Positions 25,283 through 34,994 are shown, numbered from the stretch's first letter. The stretch: DNA of 37,110 nt from Stellaceae bacterium (GCA_035946655.1 DASYZD010000063.1:1-37110), one strand, 5' to 3'. Made by a program: numbers and translations. The notes: generated by a model not told the origin, from the letters alone.

Positions 25283-26941
25283 ATGGCTGAAATCAAGGGC
25301 GCCGACTTGCTGGCGAAAAGCCTGAAAGAGCAAGGCGTGCAATACATGTTCGGCGTCGTCGGGTTTCCCGTCGGCCCGATCGCCGAGGCGGCGCAAAAGG
25401 TCGGGCTCCCCTATATCGGCATGCGCAACGAGCAGGCGGCCTCCTATGCCGCAGGCGCGGTCGGCTTTCTGACCGGGCGCCCAGGCTCGTGCATCGTCGT
25501 CACCGGCCCCGGCGTCATCCACGGTCTCGCCGGTCTTGCCAACGCCCAGCAGAATTGCTGGCCGATGATCCTGATCGGCGGCGCCTCGGAGACCTATCGC
25601 AACGGCATGGGCGCCTTCCAGGAGGAGCGCCAGGTGCTGGCCGCGACCCCGGTTTCCAAATGGGCGCACGCGATCGAGCACGTCAACCGCATCCCGTTCT
25701 ATGTCGAGATGGCGGTAAGGCAGTCGATCTACGGCCGTCCCGGCGCGACCTATCTCGACTTCCCCGACGACATGATCACCGGCTCCTGCGACACCGACAC
25801 GGTGGATGCGGTGCGCAGATGCCCCGACCCGCCGCGCACGATGGCGATGCCGGGGGATATCGAGCATGCCCTCGACGTCCTGCAATCGGCGCAGCGCCCG
25901 CTCGCCCTGATCGGCCAGGGCATGGCCTCCTCGGGCGCCGAAGCCGAGGTCCGCGCCTTTATCGAGCGCACCCAGATCCCGTTCGTGCGCACGCCCAAGG
26001 GTAAGGGCGTGCTGCCCGACGATCACCCGCTGTCGGCGGGCGCGGCGCGCTCTCTGGCGCTGTCGCAGGCCGACGTTGTCTTCCTGATGGGCGCGCGCTT
26101 CAACTGGATCCTGCATTTCGGCCTGCCGCCGCGCTACAACAAGGATGTGCGGGTGGTCCAGCTCGACATCGAGGCGGAGTCGATGCATCAGAACAAGCCC
26201 GCCGAGGTGGCGCTGGTCGGCGACGGCAAGGCGATCGTCGCCCAGCTCAACCAGGCGCTTTCCGGCCGCCAGTGGTTCCACCCTGAAGGGTCGCCATGGC
26301 GCCAGGCAATCGCCAAGAAAGCGGCCGAGAACGCGGCGATGATCGCGCCGCAAATCGACGACGATTCCTCGCCCGGCGGCTACTATCGCCTGTTCCGCGA
26401 CGTCCGCGAATGGCTGCCGAAGAACGTGATGCTGTGCAGCGAGGGGGCGACGACGATGGATATCGGCGGCACTCAAATGCCGCTCGACAACCCGCGTTCC
26501 TACCTCAACGCCGGCAGCTACGGCACGATGGGCGTCGGCCTCGGGCTGGTCGTCGCCGCCTGCGTCGTCCACCCCGACCGCCCGGTCGTCCACATCTCCG
26601 GCGACTCGGCGATCGGCTTCTCCGGGATGGAGATGGAGACCTTGTGCCGCTACAACCTGCCGGCCAAGATCGTCGTCATGAACAATGGCGGCATCGGCCC
26701 CGGCATGCCGGAAATCCCGCCCAACCCGATGCTCAACATGCGACCGAACACGCTGATCTACGGCGCCCGCTACGACAAGATGATGCAGGCCTTCGGCGGC
26801 TACGGCGCCTATGTCGAGAATGTGAAGGACGTCCGCGGCGCCTTGGATGAACTGATGAACTTCCCCGGCCCGGGGCTGGTCAACATCAAGCTCAGCCAAG
26901 GCTCGCAGCGCAAACAGCAGGAGTTCCGCTGGCACTCGTAA
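25283..26941 (+). CDS. ThDP-dependent 2-hydroxyacyl-CoA lyase / oxalyl-CoA decarboxylase family enzyme
   Basis: 552 aa. YIGMRNEQAASYAAGAVGFLTGRPGSCIVVTGPGVIHGL, NCWPMILIGGAS, MGAFQE, YGRPGATYLDFP, and the ThDP motif GDSAIGFSGMEMETLCRYNLPAKIVVMNNGG. AGGAGG RBS. Confidence 0.88.
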   Translation: MAEIKGADLLAKSLKEQGVQYMFGVVGFPVGPIAEAAQKVGLPYIGMRNEQAASYAAGAVGFLTGRPGSCIVVTGPGVIHGLAGLANAQQNCWPMILIGGASETYRNGMGAFQEERQVLAATPVSKWAHAIEHVNRIPFYVEMAVRQSIYGRPGATYLDFPDDMITGSCDTDTVDAVRRCPDPPRTMAMPGDIEHALDVLQSAQRPLALIGQGMASSGAEAEVRAFIERTQIPFVRTPKGKGVLPDDHPLSAGAARSLALSQADVVFLMGARFNWILHFGLPPRYNKDVRVVQLDIEAESMHQNKPAEVALVGDGKAIVAQLNQALSGRQWFHPEGSPWRQAIAKKAAENAAMIAPQIDDDSSPGGYYRLFRDVREWLPKNVMLCSEGATTMDIGGTQMPLDNPRSYLNAGSYGTMGVGLGLVVAACVVHPDRPVVHISGDSAIGFSGMEMETLCRYNLPAKIVVMNNGGIGPGMPEIPPNPMLNMRPNTLIYGARYDKMMQAFGGYGAYVENVKDVRGALDELMNFPGPGLVNIKLSQGSQRKQQEFRWHS

Positions 26942-27005
26942 CCCGCAACATCGTCATGGCCGTCCCCGGGCGTGGCCCGGGGATCAGGCCCGGCCAGCCA
27001 CGAAT

Positions 27006-27038
27006 GGGGCCGCTCCGCAAAGGGGCGGCCCCTTTTTC
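27006..27038 (+). terminator. Rho-independent terminator after the HACL/Oxc gene
   Basis: GGGGCCGC ... GCGGCCCC stem followed by TTTTT. A second perfect 9-bp hairpin lies just before it at 26963..26983. Confidence 0.75.
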
Positions 27039-27040
27039 CA

Positions 27041-27226
27041 TTTCCCTGTCAGCAGGGAAAATCTTTCCGCCGCGACCGGCTTGTTTCCACGCAAGGCTTC
27101 GATATCGCACGCCTCCCGCCGCCAATCCCGGCACGGAGGCAGGGATTTTTGCGCCGCCGAGCAGGGAATTTCGCGCGTGACCACAGGGAATTTATTGCGC
27201 AGCGCAAGGAATTTCTCGCCGCCATC
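27041..27226. promoter_or_regulatory. Array of CAGGGAAWTT motifs (one palindromic site plus four phased 21-22 bp direct repeats)
   Basis: Palindrome TTTCCCTG-TCAG-CAGGGAAA at 27041..27060. CAGGGATTTT at 27140, CAGGGAATTT at 27162, CAGGGAATTT at 27184, CAAGGAATTT at 27205. Spacings are 22, 22 and 21 bp. The array lies 90-270 bp upstream of the MFS start. Confidence 0.6.
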
Positions 27227-27313
27227 GGAGCTGCGCATCTGAAGATAAATTCAATTATGATATTCACCCGAGCACGATCCACTCCCCGGGCTGCCCAGGA
27301 ACCGCCCCTCGGC

Positions 27314-28558
27314 ATGAACGCCTCCCGCACCCGTCCGTTGGCCTCGCTTTACCTCGCCGGGCCGTTCAGCATGGGTTACATCGATTACTACACCTTCCTG
27401 ATGCCGCTATACGCGCTCTCACTCGGGTTCGACGCCGCCGAAGTGGGGCTTCTGGTCGGCGCCCGCTCGATCATCGCGATGTTTCTGTCGATCCATATCG
27501 GCGTCTTGATGGACCGCTTCGGTACGCGCAAGGTCACGCTGTTCTTTGTCTGGAGCAGCATGGTTCTGGCACCGCTGTTTCCGCTGGTGCCGTGGTTCTG
27601 GGGCCTGTTGCTGCTGCAGGTGGTCAACGGGGCCGCCGTGTCGTTCGCCTGGTCTGGGGCGCAAACGCTGATCGCGCAAGTAGCCGAGGGCGAAGCTCGC
27701 TATCTCGGCCGGTTTACCTTCTTCGCCCGACTTGGTTCGACGACGGCGCCGATCCTCGGCGGCGCGGTCTGGGATTTCGGCGGCGCGTGGCCCTCCTACC
27801 TCCTCGGCGCCGCATGGGGCGGCGTCCTGACTCTCGCCCTATTGTGCGCCCCCGAGGCCGAGTTCTTCGCCGCGCCGCGCGACCGCAACATGGCGCGCGC
27901 CCGCTTCCGTGCTCGTGATGTCTGGCCGCGCCTGTCCGACTACGCGAACTCCCTGATGCTGCTCGCCATTCCGGCGATCGCCGTGTCCCTGGCAATCATA
28001 GCGATGCGCAACACGACCTACAGCATCCAGACCTCGGTCTACGTCGTCTACCTCAACCGCGTCGGACTGTTCGGGACGACAATCGGCGTCCTGTTCGCCG
28101 CCGCCGAGATCGCCAGCGGGTTCGGCGCGTTGTTCGCCGGGCGCGCGATGAGCTTGGGCAATGCCCAGCGCACGATGCTGACCGGCACGGCGCTGTCGAT
28201 CCTCCTGATTGCGCTGACGCCGGTGCTCGGGGGCATCCTGGCGCTATTGTTGCTGTTCCAGGTGGTCCGCGGGTGGCTCGAAGGGGTGATCCAGCCGCTG
28301 GTGCTATCGGTGCAGGCGCGCGCCGCCGGTCGTCATCAGCAGGGCGCGGTCGTCGGGCTGCGCCAAACCGGTCAGCGGTTTACGTCGATCGCGATACCGC
28401 CGTTGATGGGCGCGATCGCCGACCGCTGCGGCGTCGGCGCAAGCTTCTACATTCTCGGCGGCTTTATGCTGGTGCTTTGCGTGCCGTTGGCCGTCATTAT
28501 CCGCCAGGTCGGGCGCCGACGTCCGCTCGACGAGTCGCTCGCCGGCGCGACCGATTGA
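27314..28558 (+). CDS. MFS transporter (start 27314 or 27257)
   Basis: About 12 hydrophobic segments. MDRFGTRKV (loop 2-3 motif). Confidence 0.85.
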   Translation: MNASRTRPLASLYLAGPFSMGYIDYYTFLMPLYALSLGFDAAEVGLLVGARSIIAMFLSIHIGVLMDRFGTRKVTLFFVWSSMVLAPLFPLVPWFWGLLLLQVVNGAAVSFAWSGAQTLIAQVAEGEARYLGRFTFFARLGSTTAPILGGAVWDFGGAWPSYLLGAAWGGVLTLALLCAPEAEFFAAPRDRNMARARFRARDVWPRLSDYANSLMLLAIPAIAVSLAIIAMRNTTYSIQTSVYVVYLNRVGLFGTTIGVLFAAAEIASGFGALFAGRAMSLGNAQRTMLTGTALSILLIALTPVLGGILALLLLFQVVRGWLEGVIQPLVLSVQARAAGRHQQGAVVGLRQTGQRFTSIAIPPLMGAIADRCGVGASFYILGGFMLVLCVPLAVIIRQVGRRRPLDESLAGATD

Positions 28559-28585
28559 TCCCAGACGGCGCCATAACGGCCCGCG

Positions 28586-29383
28586 CTAGAATGGCCGGCG
28601 GTCGAGGGGAGCGTGCGGCTGCTCCAGCCCGTCCACGGGGATGTTGCGGCCGTTGATCCAATGGCCGCGCGGCGAGGCGGCGAAGACGATGACGTCGGCC
28701 ACCTCCTCGGCGGTGCCGAGGCGCCCCATCGGAAAGCCGTGGCGGACATAGTCGGCATAGTAGTCCGGGTTGGATAGCCGGTAGCGATCCCAGCCGTTGC
28801 CCCCGACCAGGATCGAGCCCGGCGAGACGGTATTGACGCGGATGCCGTACGGCACGAATTCGAGCGCCCAGCGCTCGGTCTCGAAAATGAGGGCCGCCTT
28901 CGCCGCGCCGTATTGCCCGGACATCGCGAGCTGCGGGGACCAGCCCGAGATCGACGCGATATTGACGATCGCCGCGCCGGGCCGGCCCTTCATGTGCGGC
29001 AATGTGAGGCGCATCATCCGCACGGTCTGAATGAGGTTGCGCTCCAGGGCGCCCTGCCAATCCTCGTCGGTGCTGTCGGCGATGCGCGCGCCGCCACCCC
29101 CGCCACCGACATTGTTGACGAGGATGTCGATGCCGCCCCAGGAAGCGGCCGTGGCGGCGACCAGTGCCGCGGCATCTTCGGGCTTAGCGACGTCGGCCGC
29201 GTGAGCGACGACTTCGGCGCCCGCGGCACGCAGCTCCCGTTCAGCCGCAGCGAGTTGCTCGGCCGCACGCGCCGAGAGCATCACCCGGCAGCCCTCCGCG
29301 GCAAACGCCTTGGCGGTGGCGAGGCCGATGCCGCGGCTCGAGCCGGTGACGAGCGCAATTTTGCCTGCAAGTTTGAGATCCAT
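28586..29383 (-). CDS. SDR family oxidoreductase
   Basis: TGSSRGIG, NNVG, and catalytic S...YGAAK. Confidence 0.9.
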   Translation of the reverse strand: MDLKLAGKIALVTGSSRGIGLATAKAFAAEGCRVMLSARAAEQLAAAERELRAAGAEVVAHAADVAKPEDAAALVAATAASWGGIDILVNNVGGGGGGARIADSTDEDWQGALERNLIQTVRMMRLTLPHMKGRPGAAIVNIASISGWSPQLAMSGQYGAAKAALIFETERWALEFVPYGIRVNTVSPGSILVGGNGWDRYRLSNPDYYADYVRHGFPMGRLGTAEEVADVIVFAASPRGHWINGRNIPVDGLEQPHAPLDRRPF

Positions 29384-29430
29384 CCACCGGCTCTCCCCGT
29401 TATGCCGTCAACCGGGCGTGACACTCGGAG

Positions 29431-30402
29431 CTACGGCCTTGTTTGAACCCGGTAGAGGCTCAGCGCCTGCATCACCGGCGCGTCGCTGAAGCTGAACAGG
29501 AAAGCCGGCCGGTCGCGCTCATTGACGTGCTCGCAGAAGGTCCAGGTCGGCACCGTGAACACGTCCTTGTCGTCCCAGTCGAGCCGCCGGTCCCCCACCA
29601 CCGAGTAGCCGGCGCCCTCGACGACGTGATAGTTCGTGCAGCACACCCGGCGACGGGCCTCAGTCTTCTCACCGGGGCGCAACAGCTGCATATGGCAGGC
29701 GATCGTCGGCATCACCGGTCCGCCGGTCCGCCGGTTCTTGTATTCGAGGATGATTTCCTGGCTAGTGCCGGCGGCAGCGAGCCGCTGTAGGGCCTCCCGC
29801 ATCTCCGCCATCGGATAGTGCCACTCCGAGGCGTTGACCGGCGCATTCAGCTCCTGCCGCGCCTGGTGGTACTCTTCGTAGAACCCCGCTTCGAGCATCC
29901 GCACCAGCGGGGTGTCCAGGCCATCCAGCCAAATCATCGGCGCATCGGTGTCGTTGGCGTGGTCGTGCCATGACCAGTTGGGGGTGAGGATGAGATCGCC
30001 GGGCGCCATCGGCACGCGTTCGCCATTGACGACCGTGTAGCCGCCCCGGCCCTCGATGATCAGGCGCAGCGCAGCGCCGGAATGGCGATGCGCGCGGGCG
30101 ATCTCGCCCGGCATCACGATCTGGATGTTGGCGACGAGGGTATTGCTGGCGATCCCCGAGAGGTTGGGGTTGCCGAGGCGCAGCACCCGGCGCTCGCCCT
30201 GCGCGGTGCCGACGAGTTCGGCCGCCCGCATCGCCTGCGGCCGCAAATCCTGCCAGTGCCACAGGTAAGGCACGGCTTTGCTCTGCGGCTCGACGGTGAT
30301 GCCGCCGCCGATCCACGCCGGGGTCACGTGCTGCGTGGCCAATTGCGCGTAGTACGCCTCCAACTCTTCCGGCGAAGACTGGATGTCGGAAACTGCAAGC
30401 AT
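29431..30402 (-). CDS. Bicupin dioxygenase, gentisate 1,2-dioxygenase-like
   Basis: Cupin metal motif GEIARAHRHSGAALRLIIEGRG, and a second cupin half near the C-terminus. 323 aa. Confidence 0.8.
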   Translation of the reverse strand: MLAVSDIQSSPEELEAYYAQLATQHVTPAWIGGGITVEPQSKAVPYLWHWQDLRPQAMRAAELVGTAQGERRVLRLGNPNLSGIASNTLVANIQIVMPGEIARAHRHSGAALRLIIEGRGGYTVVNGERVPMAPGDLILTPNWSWHDHANDTDAPMIWLDGLDTPLVRMLEAGFYEEYHQARQELNAPVNASEWHYPMAEMREALQRLAAAGTSQEIILEYKNRRTGGPVMPTIACHMQLLRPGEKTEARRRVCCTNYHVVEGAGYSVVGDRRLDWDDKDVFTVPTWTFCEHVNERDRPAFLFSFSDAPVMQALSLYRVQTRP

Positions 30403-30427
30403 GGGAGATCCTCCCGTTGAGGAGCGG

Positions 30428-31342
30428 CTAGGCCTCGGCCACCGCGGCGCGTACCGCCGCCAGCCGTTCGAGCGAGCCCAGCACCTTCGGCTGGTCGTTG
30501 GTCAGGTGGCGCACCGAGATTTCGGTGTAGCCGATTTCTGCGAAGCGTTGAAACTGTTCGGCGACCTCATCGACCGATCCGGCGATCAGCGCCTCTGCCG
30601 GCATCCCGCGATAGCCTCGGCCCAGCGCCTCCTGCAATACCGCCTGCGCGTCTGCCGAGGTCTCACCGACATAGATGTCGCGCCGCAGGACAATGGCGCC
30701 GGGGGGGTTGCCGCAATGGGCGCAGCGCTCGCGATAGAGATCGGCCTGCGCGCGCGCTTCCTCGCGGGTGAGGCCGGGGCTGGCGATCCAGCCGTCGGCG
30801 AGGCGCGCCGCGCGGTCGATCGCGGGTGGCGCGCTGGCCCCGATCCATACATCGACAGCCTCCGCCGGACGCAGCGCGAGGCTTGCGCCGGTAATCCGGA
30901 AGCGCCGCGCCGAACTCGCCGTTTCGCCGGCGAGGAGGCGCCGGATAATGTCGAGCGCCTCCTCGAAGGCCGAGGGCCGCGTCTTGAAGTTGGCGCCCAT
31001 TGCGGCGAAGCGGTCCTCGCCCCAGCCGAGCCCGCATTGCATGATGAAGGGGCCTTGCGCGATCGCCGCCAGCGTTCCGATCTGCTCGGCCACCAGCACC
31101 GGGTGCCATAGCGGGAGCAGGAACAGGCAGCCGGCCGGGGCATCGCCCCATTCCGCGAGAAGCCGCCCGAGCATCGGCGTGTTCTGGTAGTAGGGCGTGG
31201 GTGAGACGTGCTGGTCGCCGATAAACAAGGAATCGAGCCCGGCCCGGCGTGCGGCCGCTGCCCGCTCGATCATCCAGCGCGCTCCCTGACGCGGGTCCTT
31301 CACATCGCCATAATTGCTGGTGAGCGAGATTCCAACTCTCAT
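30428..31342 (-). CDS. Luciferase-like (LLM class) flavin-dependent oxidoreductase
   Basis: 304 aa with an LLM-like layout: N-terminal MRVGISL..., DSLFIGDQH, and C-terminal EVAEQFQRFAEIGYTEI. Confidence 0.8.
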   Translation of the reverse strand: MRVGISLTSNYGDVKDPRQGARWMIERAAAARRAGLDSLFIGDQHVSPTPYYQNTPMLGRLLAEWGDAPAGCLFLLPLWHPVLVAEQIGTLAAIAQGPFIMQCGLGWGEDRFAAMGANFKTRPSAFEEALDIIRRLLAGETASSARRFRITGASLALRPAEAVDVWIGASAPPAIDRAARLADGWIASPGLTREEARAQADLYRERCAHCGNPPGAIVLRRDIYVGETSADAQAVLQEALGRGYRGMPAEALIAGSVDEVAEQFQRFAEIGYTEISVRHLTNDQPKVLGSLERLAAVRAAVAEA

Positions 31343-31596
31343 CGCCGCGTCCCCTATCGTCGCGCCGGGTTCGATCAGACCCGAACTCGCCCCTCAAGCC
31401 AAGGACGGATTGTGGGGCTGGCGGCCAAGAAGCCTGCGCCTTCTCGGAGGTTATGGTAGTTCCTTCGGTGACCGCACCATGGGCGCCGCGCGAAGAGCAT
31501 CTTCGATGATCCTGACGCCGCCCGACCGTCTGACGAGATGACGACGCTGGCCCCCAAGCCGACGGTAAGGACGGACGACCAAGGGAATTCGGGACT

Positions 31597-32904
31597 TTAT
31601 CGGGCGCGGGGCGATGTCGCCGGAGACCCGATCAGGATCGTCCGCGCGGTTTCCCGTCCGCTGGCCAGCGCCGCCTCGACCGTGCCCATGTCCGGCCCGG
31701 CATAGAGCGCTTCGCCGGAAAAGAAGATGGCGCCGCCATCCGGTTTGCTCAGCACCGCCTGCGCCTCGCGCGTGCGCGGCGTTGCGTAGGAATAGGCGCC
31801 GCGCGCGAACGGATCCTTACCCCAGTTGATCGCCCGCGACGCGAGGAGTTTGCCCCTGATGGCGTCGACCGGCCGAGCGAAAATCTCGGCGAGCGATGCA
31901 AGGCCCATATCGATCAGGTCAACTTCGGTGAGCGAGGACACCCTGTCGGCCTTGGGTCCCGCGTACCAGCCGGTCAACACCGGATACCGGGAAGGATGCT
32001 GCGTCCACCAGGTTGGAACCGTGGCGTCGGAAACCAGGAACGACAGGTCGGTCAAATCTCGCCCGGCGTGATCGGCCCACCAGCGCTCGGTAAACCGCAG
32101 CAGTATCTTGACGACGTTGCCGAAGCCGATGTCGGCGGTTGCCGCGGCCTGCTTGCGCGCCACTGGCGGCAGCGCGATCTTGGACAATAGCGGCAGCGGC
32201 ACGGCAAGGATCGCGGCGTCGGCCTCTAGCCTGGCGCCGTTTTGACAGCGTACGGCAATCCGTCCGGCGCGCTCGTCGATGGCGATGGCGGCGGCGCGGA
32301 GATGCAGCGTCACGCCATGCAAGCGGCAATTGGATAGGAGGTGCTCGATCAGCGCGCCGTAGCCCCCCGCGACCCGGCCGTGCTCGCCATCCTCCCGAGA
32401 CGTCCACTCGTCGCGCAGCGCGAGCGTGCTGAACCGGTGCGGGTCGGCCGCGTCGTAGCCCTCGACGGTCCGCGTAACCGAGCGCCGCAACTCGTCGTAT
32501 TGCGGTTCGGCAAACTGCGTCTCGAGGAATTCGGCGACGGGGAGATCGGCCTTCACCGCCCGCAAGGCCCGGTAAAACCGGTCCATATGAGGAACCGCAT
32601 AGTCCGCCGGCGACAGCGCCCCCGCGCGGAGGCGCCAGCGGGTCCCGCCACGGGGCGATAGCGACACCCGCGCCTCGCGCATCAACGCGCGCGTCACCGG
32701 CGCGGCGCCATGAACAAACTCGGCGCCGCCCTCCGCCTTGTATCCGAACGCCTCTTCGGGCAGCGGGTAGATGCGGCCGCCGCAGCGGCTGCGCGCCTCG
32801 AGGATGGTCACGCGCTTGCCAGCGCGCGCGAGTTCGCGGGCCGCCATCAGGCCCGCCGCCCCGGCGCCGACCACCACGAAATGCGTCGGATGGTGAGGGG
32901 GCAT
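31597..32904 (-). CDS. FAD-dependent amine oxidase family protein
   Basis: Start at the ATG at 32904. Dinucleotide fold FVVVGAGAAGLMAARELARAGKRVTILEARSRCGGR. C-terminal FFSGEA FAD-contact motif. Confidence 0.85.
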   Translation of the reverse strand: MPPHHPTHFVVVGAGAAGLMAARELARAGKRVTILEARSRCGGRIYPLPEEAFGYKAEGGAEFVHGAAPVTRALMREARVSLSPRGGTRWRLRAGALSPADYAVPHMDRFYRALRAVKADLPVAEFLETQFAEPQYDELRRSVTRTVEGYDAADPHRFSTLALRDEWTSREDGEHGRVAGGYGALIEHLLSNCRLHGVTLHLRAAAIAIDERAGRIAVRCQNGARLEADAAILAVPLPLLSKIALPPVARKQAAATADIGFGNVVKILLRFTERWWADHAGRDLTDLSFLVSDATVPTWWTQHPSRYPVLTGWYAGPKADRVSSLTEVDLIDMGLASLAEIFARPVDAIRGKLLASRAINWGKDPFARGAYSYATPRTREAQAVLSKPDGGAIFFSGEALYAGPDMGTVEAALASGRETARTILIGSPATSPRAR

Positions 32905-32909
32905 CCGCG

Positions 32910-33539
32910 TCAGGGGATCTGCGTGCCCTCGGCGGCCACAGCCTTTTGCACGGCCGGACGCGCCAGCATGCGGGCGCGGTGTTGCATGACCCCGGGCAGT
33001 TTGCCGGTGTCGACCCCGTCCCCTTCGATCCAGGTGCCGATCGTGAAAAGGTAGGGGTCGCAGATCGTGTACTGCTCGCCCATGACCCACGGGCCCCGCA
33101 ACAGCTTATTTTCGATCAGTGCGAAGCATTCGGTCACGGTCGCCGGCACCTTTCGCTTCATGGCTTCAATGGCCCCGGCGTCATCCGCCCACCTTGCGCC
33201 CCGCCGGCCGTGCGCGTGCGCGACATGCACGGTCGAGCACAGATAGCTGTTGAACTCCTGGACCTGGGCGAGGGCGAACGGATCGGCGAGCGGGGCAAGC
33301 CCGGCCTCGGGAAACCGCTGCGCTACAAAGCACAGAAGCGCAGGAGTTTCGGTCAGCGTCCCCTTTTCGGTCACCAGCGCCGGGACTCGCCCTTTCGGGT
33401 TGACCGCCAGGTATTCGGGGCTGCGCTGGCGCTGCGAGCCGAAATCTACGAGAACCGCCTCGTATGGCGCACCGGCTTCCTCAAGCGCGATATGCGTCGC
33501 CAGCGCGCAGGTGCCGGGAGCGTAATAAAGCCTGAACAT
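32910..33539 (-). CDS. Glutathione S-transferase
   Basis: This is the C-terminal 209 aa of an artefactually long tracked ORF: MFRLYYAPGTCALATHIALEEAGAPYE..., NPKGRVPAL. Its stop lies 5 bp from the amine oxidase start. Confidence 0.88.
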   Translation of the reverse strand: MFRLYYAPGTCALATHIALEEAGAPYEAVLVDFGSQRQRSPEYLAVNPKGRVPALVTEKGTLTETPALLCFVAQRFPEAGLAPLADPFALAQVQEFNSYLCSTVHVAHAHGRRGARWADDAGAIEAMKRKVPATVTECFALIENKLLRGPWVMGEQYTICDPYLFTIGTWIEGDGVDTGKLPGVMQHRARMLARPAVQKAVAAEGTQIP

Positions 33540-33626
33540 GTCGTTCGTCCTCCATCGAGACCGGTCTGCATCGTTTGGTCCACAATACCAGGTAATATCG
33601 AACCGGCGGAACCGATGGAGAAGACG

Positions 33627-34994
33627 ATGACCGATGACCCCGCCTGGGCGCTCGCCCAGCATGTTTGCCGTACCGGCTACGCGGACTTGCCGGCAAGCGC
33701 CGTCGCCTCCGCCCGCCGCGACATTCTCGATACCTTTGGCTGCATGCTCGGCGGCAGCGGCTCTCCCGGGATCGACGAACTTTTTTCGGTGATCTCCCGC
33801 TGGGGAGGGATCGAGGAAAGCGGAGTCCTCTTTCGCGGGATCCGCCTGCCGGCGCCCCAGGCTGCCCTCCTCAACGCCAGCATGGGTCATGCGCTCGATT
33901 TCGATGACACGCTCGACACCGGCGGCTCGATCCACCCGGGCGTCTCCGTGCTCGGCGCGGTCCTCGCGGTATGCGACATGATCGGGGGCGCCAGCGGGCG
34001 GGATGTCCTGTTGGCGGTCGCCCTCGGGCTGGACGTCTCGTGCCGCATCGCGCTCGCCAGCACCCTCGACCGCGGCTGGCATCGCACCGCGGCGATCGGG
34101 GTCTTCGGCGCCGCGGCGGCTGCCGGCAAGCTGATTGGCCTCAAGCCGACGCAGATGCTCGCCGCCCTCGGCATCGCCTACAGCCACGCCGCCGGCAACC
34201 GCCAATGCATTCTCGATGGGGCGCTGACGAAGCGCATGCAGGCCGGCCAGGCGGCAAGCGCCGGCGTGTTTTCCGCGGTTTTGGCGCAGACCGGTTTCAC
34301 CGGGGCGCGGAACATCTTCAATGGCCGCTTCGGGTTTTTCGAACTGTACCAGCCAAACGGGTACGACGCCGCGGCGCTGCTGCGCGACCTCGGCACCGCG
34401 TACCGCGGCGAAGCGCTGAGTTATAAGCCCTATCCCTGCGGCCGACCGCTGCACGCGGCGATCGATGCCGCGCTGGCGGCACGAACGCGGCTCGACATCG
34501 AACGGGCCGACGACATCGCGACGGTGACGCTCGAGGCGGACCCTCCCGGCCACGCCGATCAGTTCGACAGCGGGCCGGCGAAGCGCCGCCCTACCCAGGT
34601 GGTCGAAGCACAATTCGCCCAGCCGTTCCTGGTCGCCACCGCCCTGGTGCATGGCAGGATCGGGATCGCGGAGGTCGACGGTCTGGGGGATGCGGCGGTG
34701 CTGGCCCTGTCCGACCGCATCGCCGGGGTTGCGCGGGAGGGCCGAACCAAAGGGTCGCTCGGCATTACGGTGCAACGGACCGACGGGCGTTTGGTTAGGG
34801 TCGAGGCCGAGGATCCGATCGGCTCGCCGGAAAAGCCGCTGACCCAGGCTCAGCTCGCCGCAAAGTTTCGCGACTGCGCGGGCAATGCGGTGCAACCGCC
34901 GGCGGACGCAAGTGTGGATCGCGTGCTGGCGGCAATCGCGCGATTGGAAATGCTGCCGGATGCGCGAGAGCTGACGACCCCATTCGCCGGGTAA
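33627..34994 (+). CDS. MmgE/PrpD family protein (2-methylcitrate dehydratase-like)
   Basis: YADLPASAVASARRDILDTFGCMLGG and HALDFDD motifs. GGAG RBS before the ATG at 33627; the ATG at 33615 is also possible. Confidence 0.85.
   Translation: MTDDPAWALAQHVCRTGYADLPASAVASARRDILDTFGCMLGGSGSPGIDELFSVISRWGGIEESGVLFRGIRLPAPQAALLNASMGHALDFDDTLDTGGSIHPGVSVLGAVLAVCDMIGGASGRDVLLAVALGLDVSCRIALASTLDRGWHRTAAIGVFGAAAAAGKLIGLKPTQMLAALGIAYSHAAGNRQCILDGALTKRMQAGQAASAGVFSAVLAQTGFTGARNIFNGRFGFFELYQPNGYDAAALLRDLGTAYRGEALSYKPYPCGRPLHAAIDAALAARTRLDIERADDIATVTLEADPPGHADQFDSGPAKRRPTQVVEAQFAQPFLVATALVHGRIGIAEVDGLGDAAVLALSDRIAGVAREGRTKGSLGITVQRTDGRLVRVEAEDPIGSPEKPLTQAQLAAKFRDCAGNAVQPPADASVDRVLAAIARLEMLPDARELTTPFAG

Noticed and set aside
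27140-27226. Whether the 21-22 bp repeats could be a mini CRISPR array.
   Set aside because: The units are directly adjacent and degenerate, with no unique spacers. The repeats are too short and no cas genes are present.
31366-31380. GGTTCGATC, resembling a tRNA T-loop, in the LLM / amine oxidase intergenic region.
   Set aside because: No acceptor, D or anticodon arms can be drawn around it.
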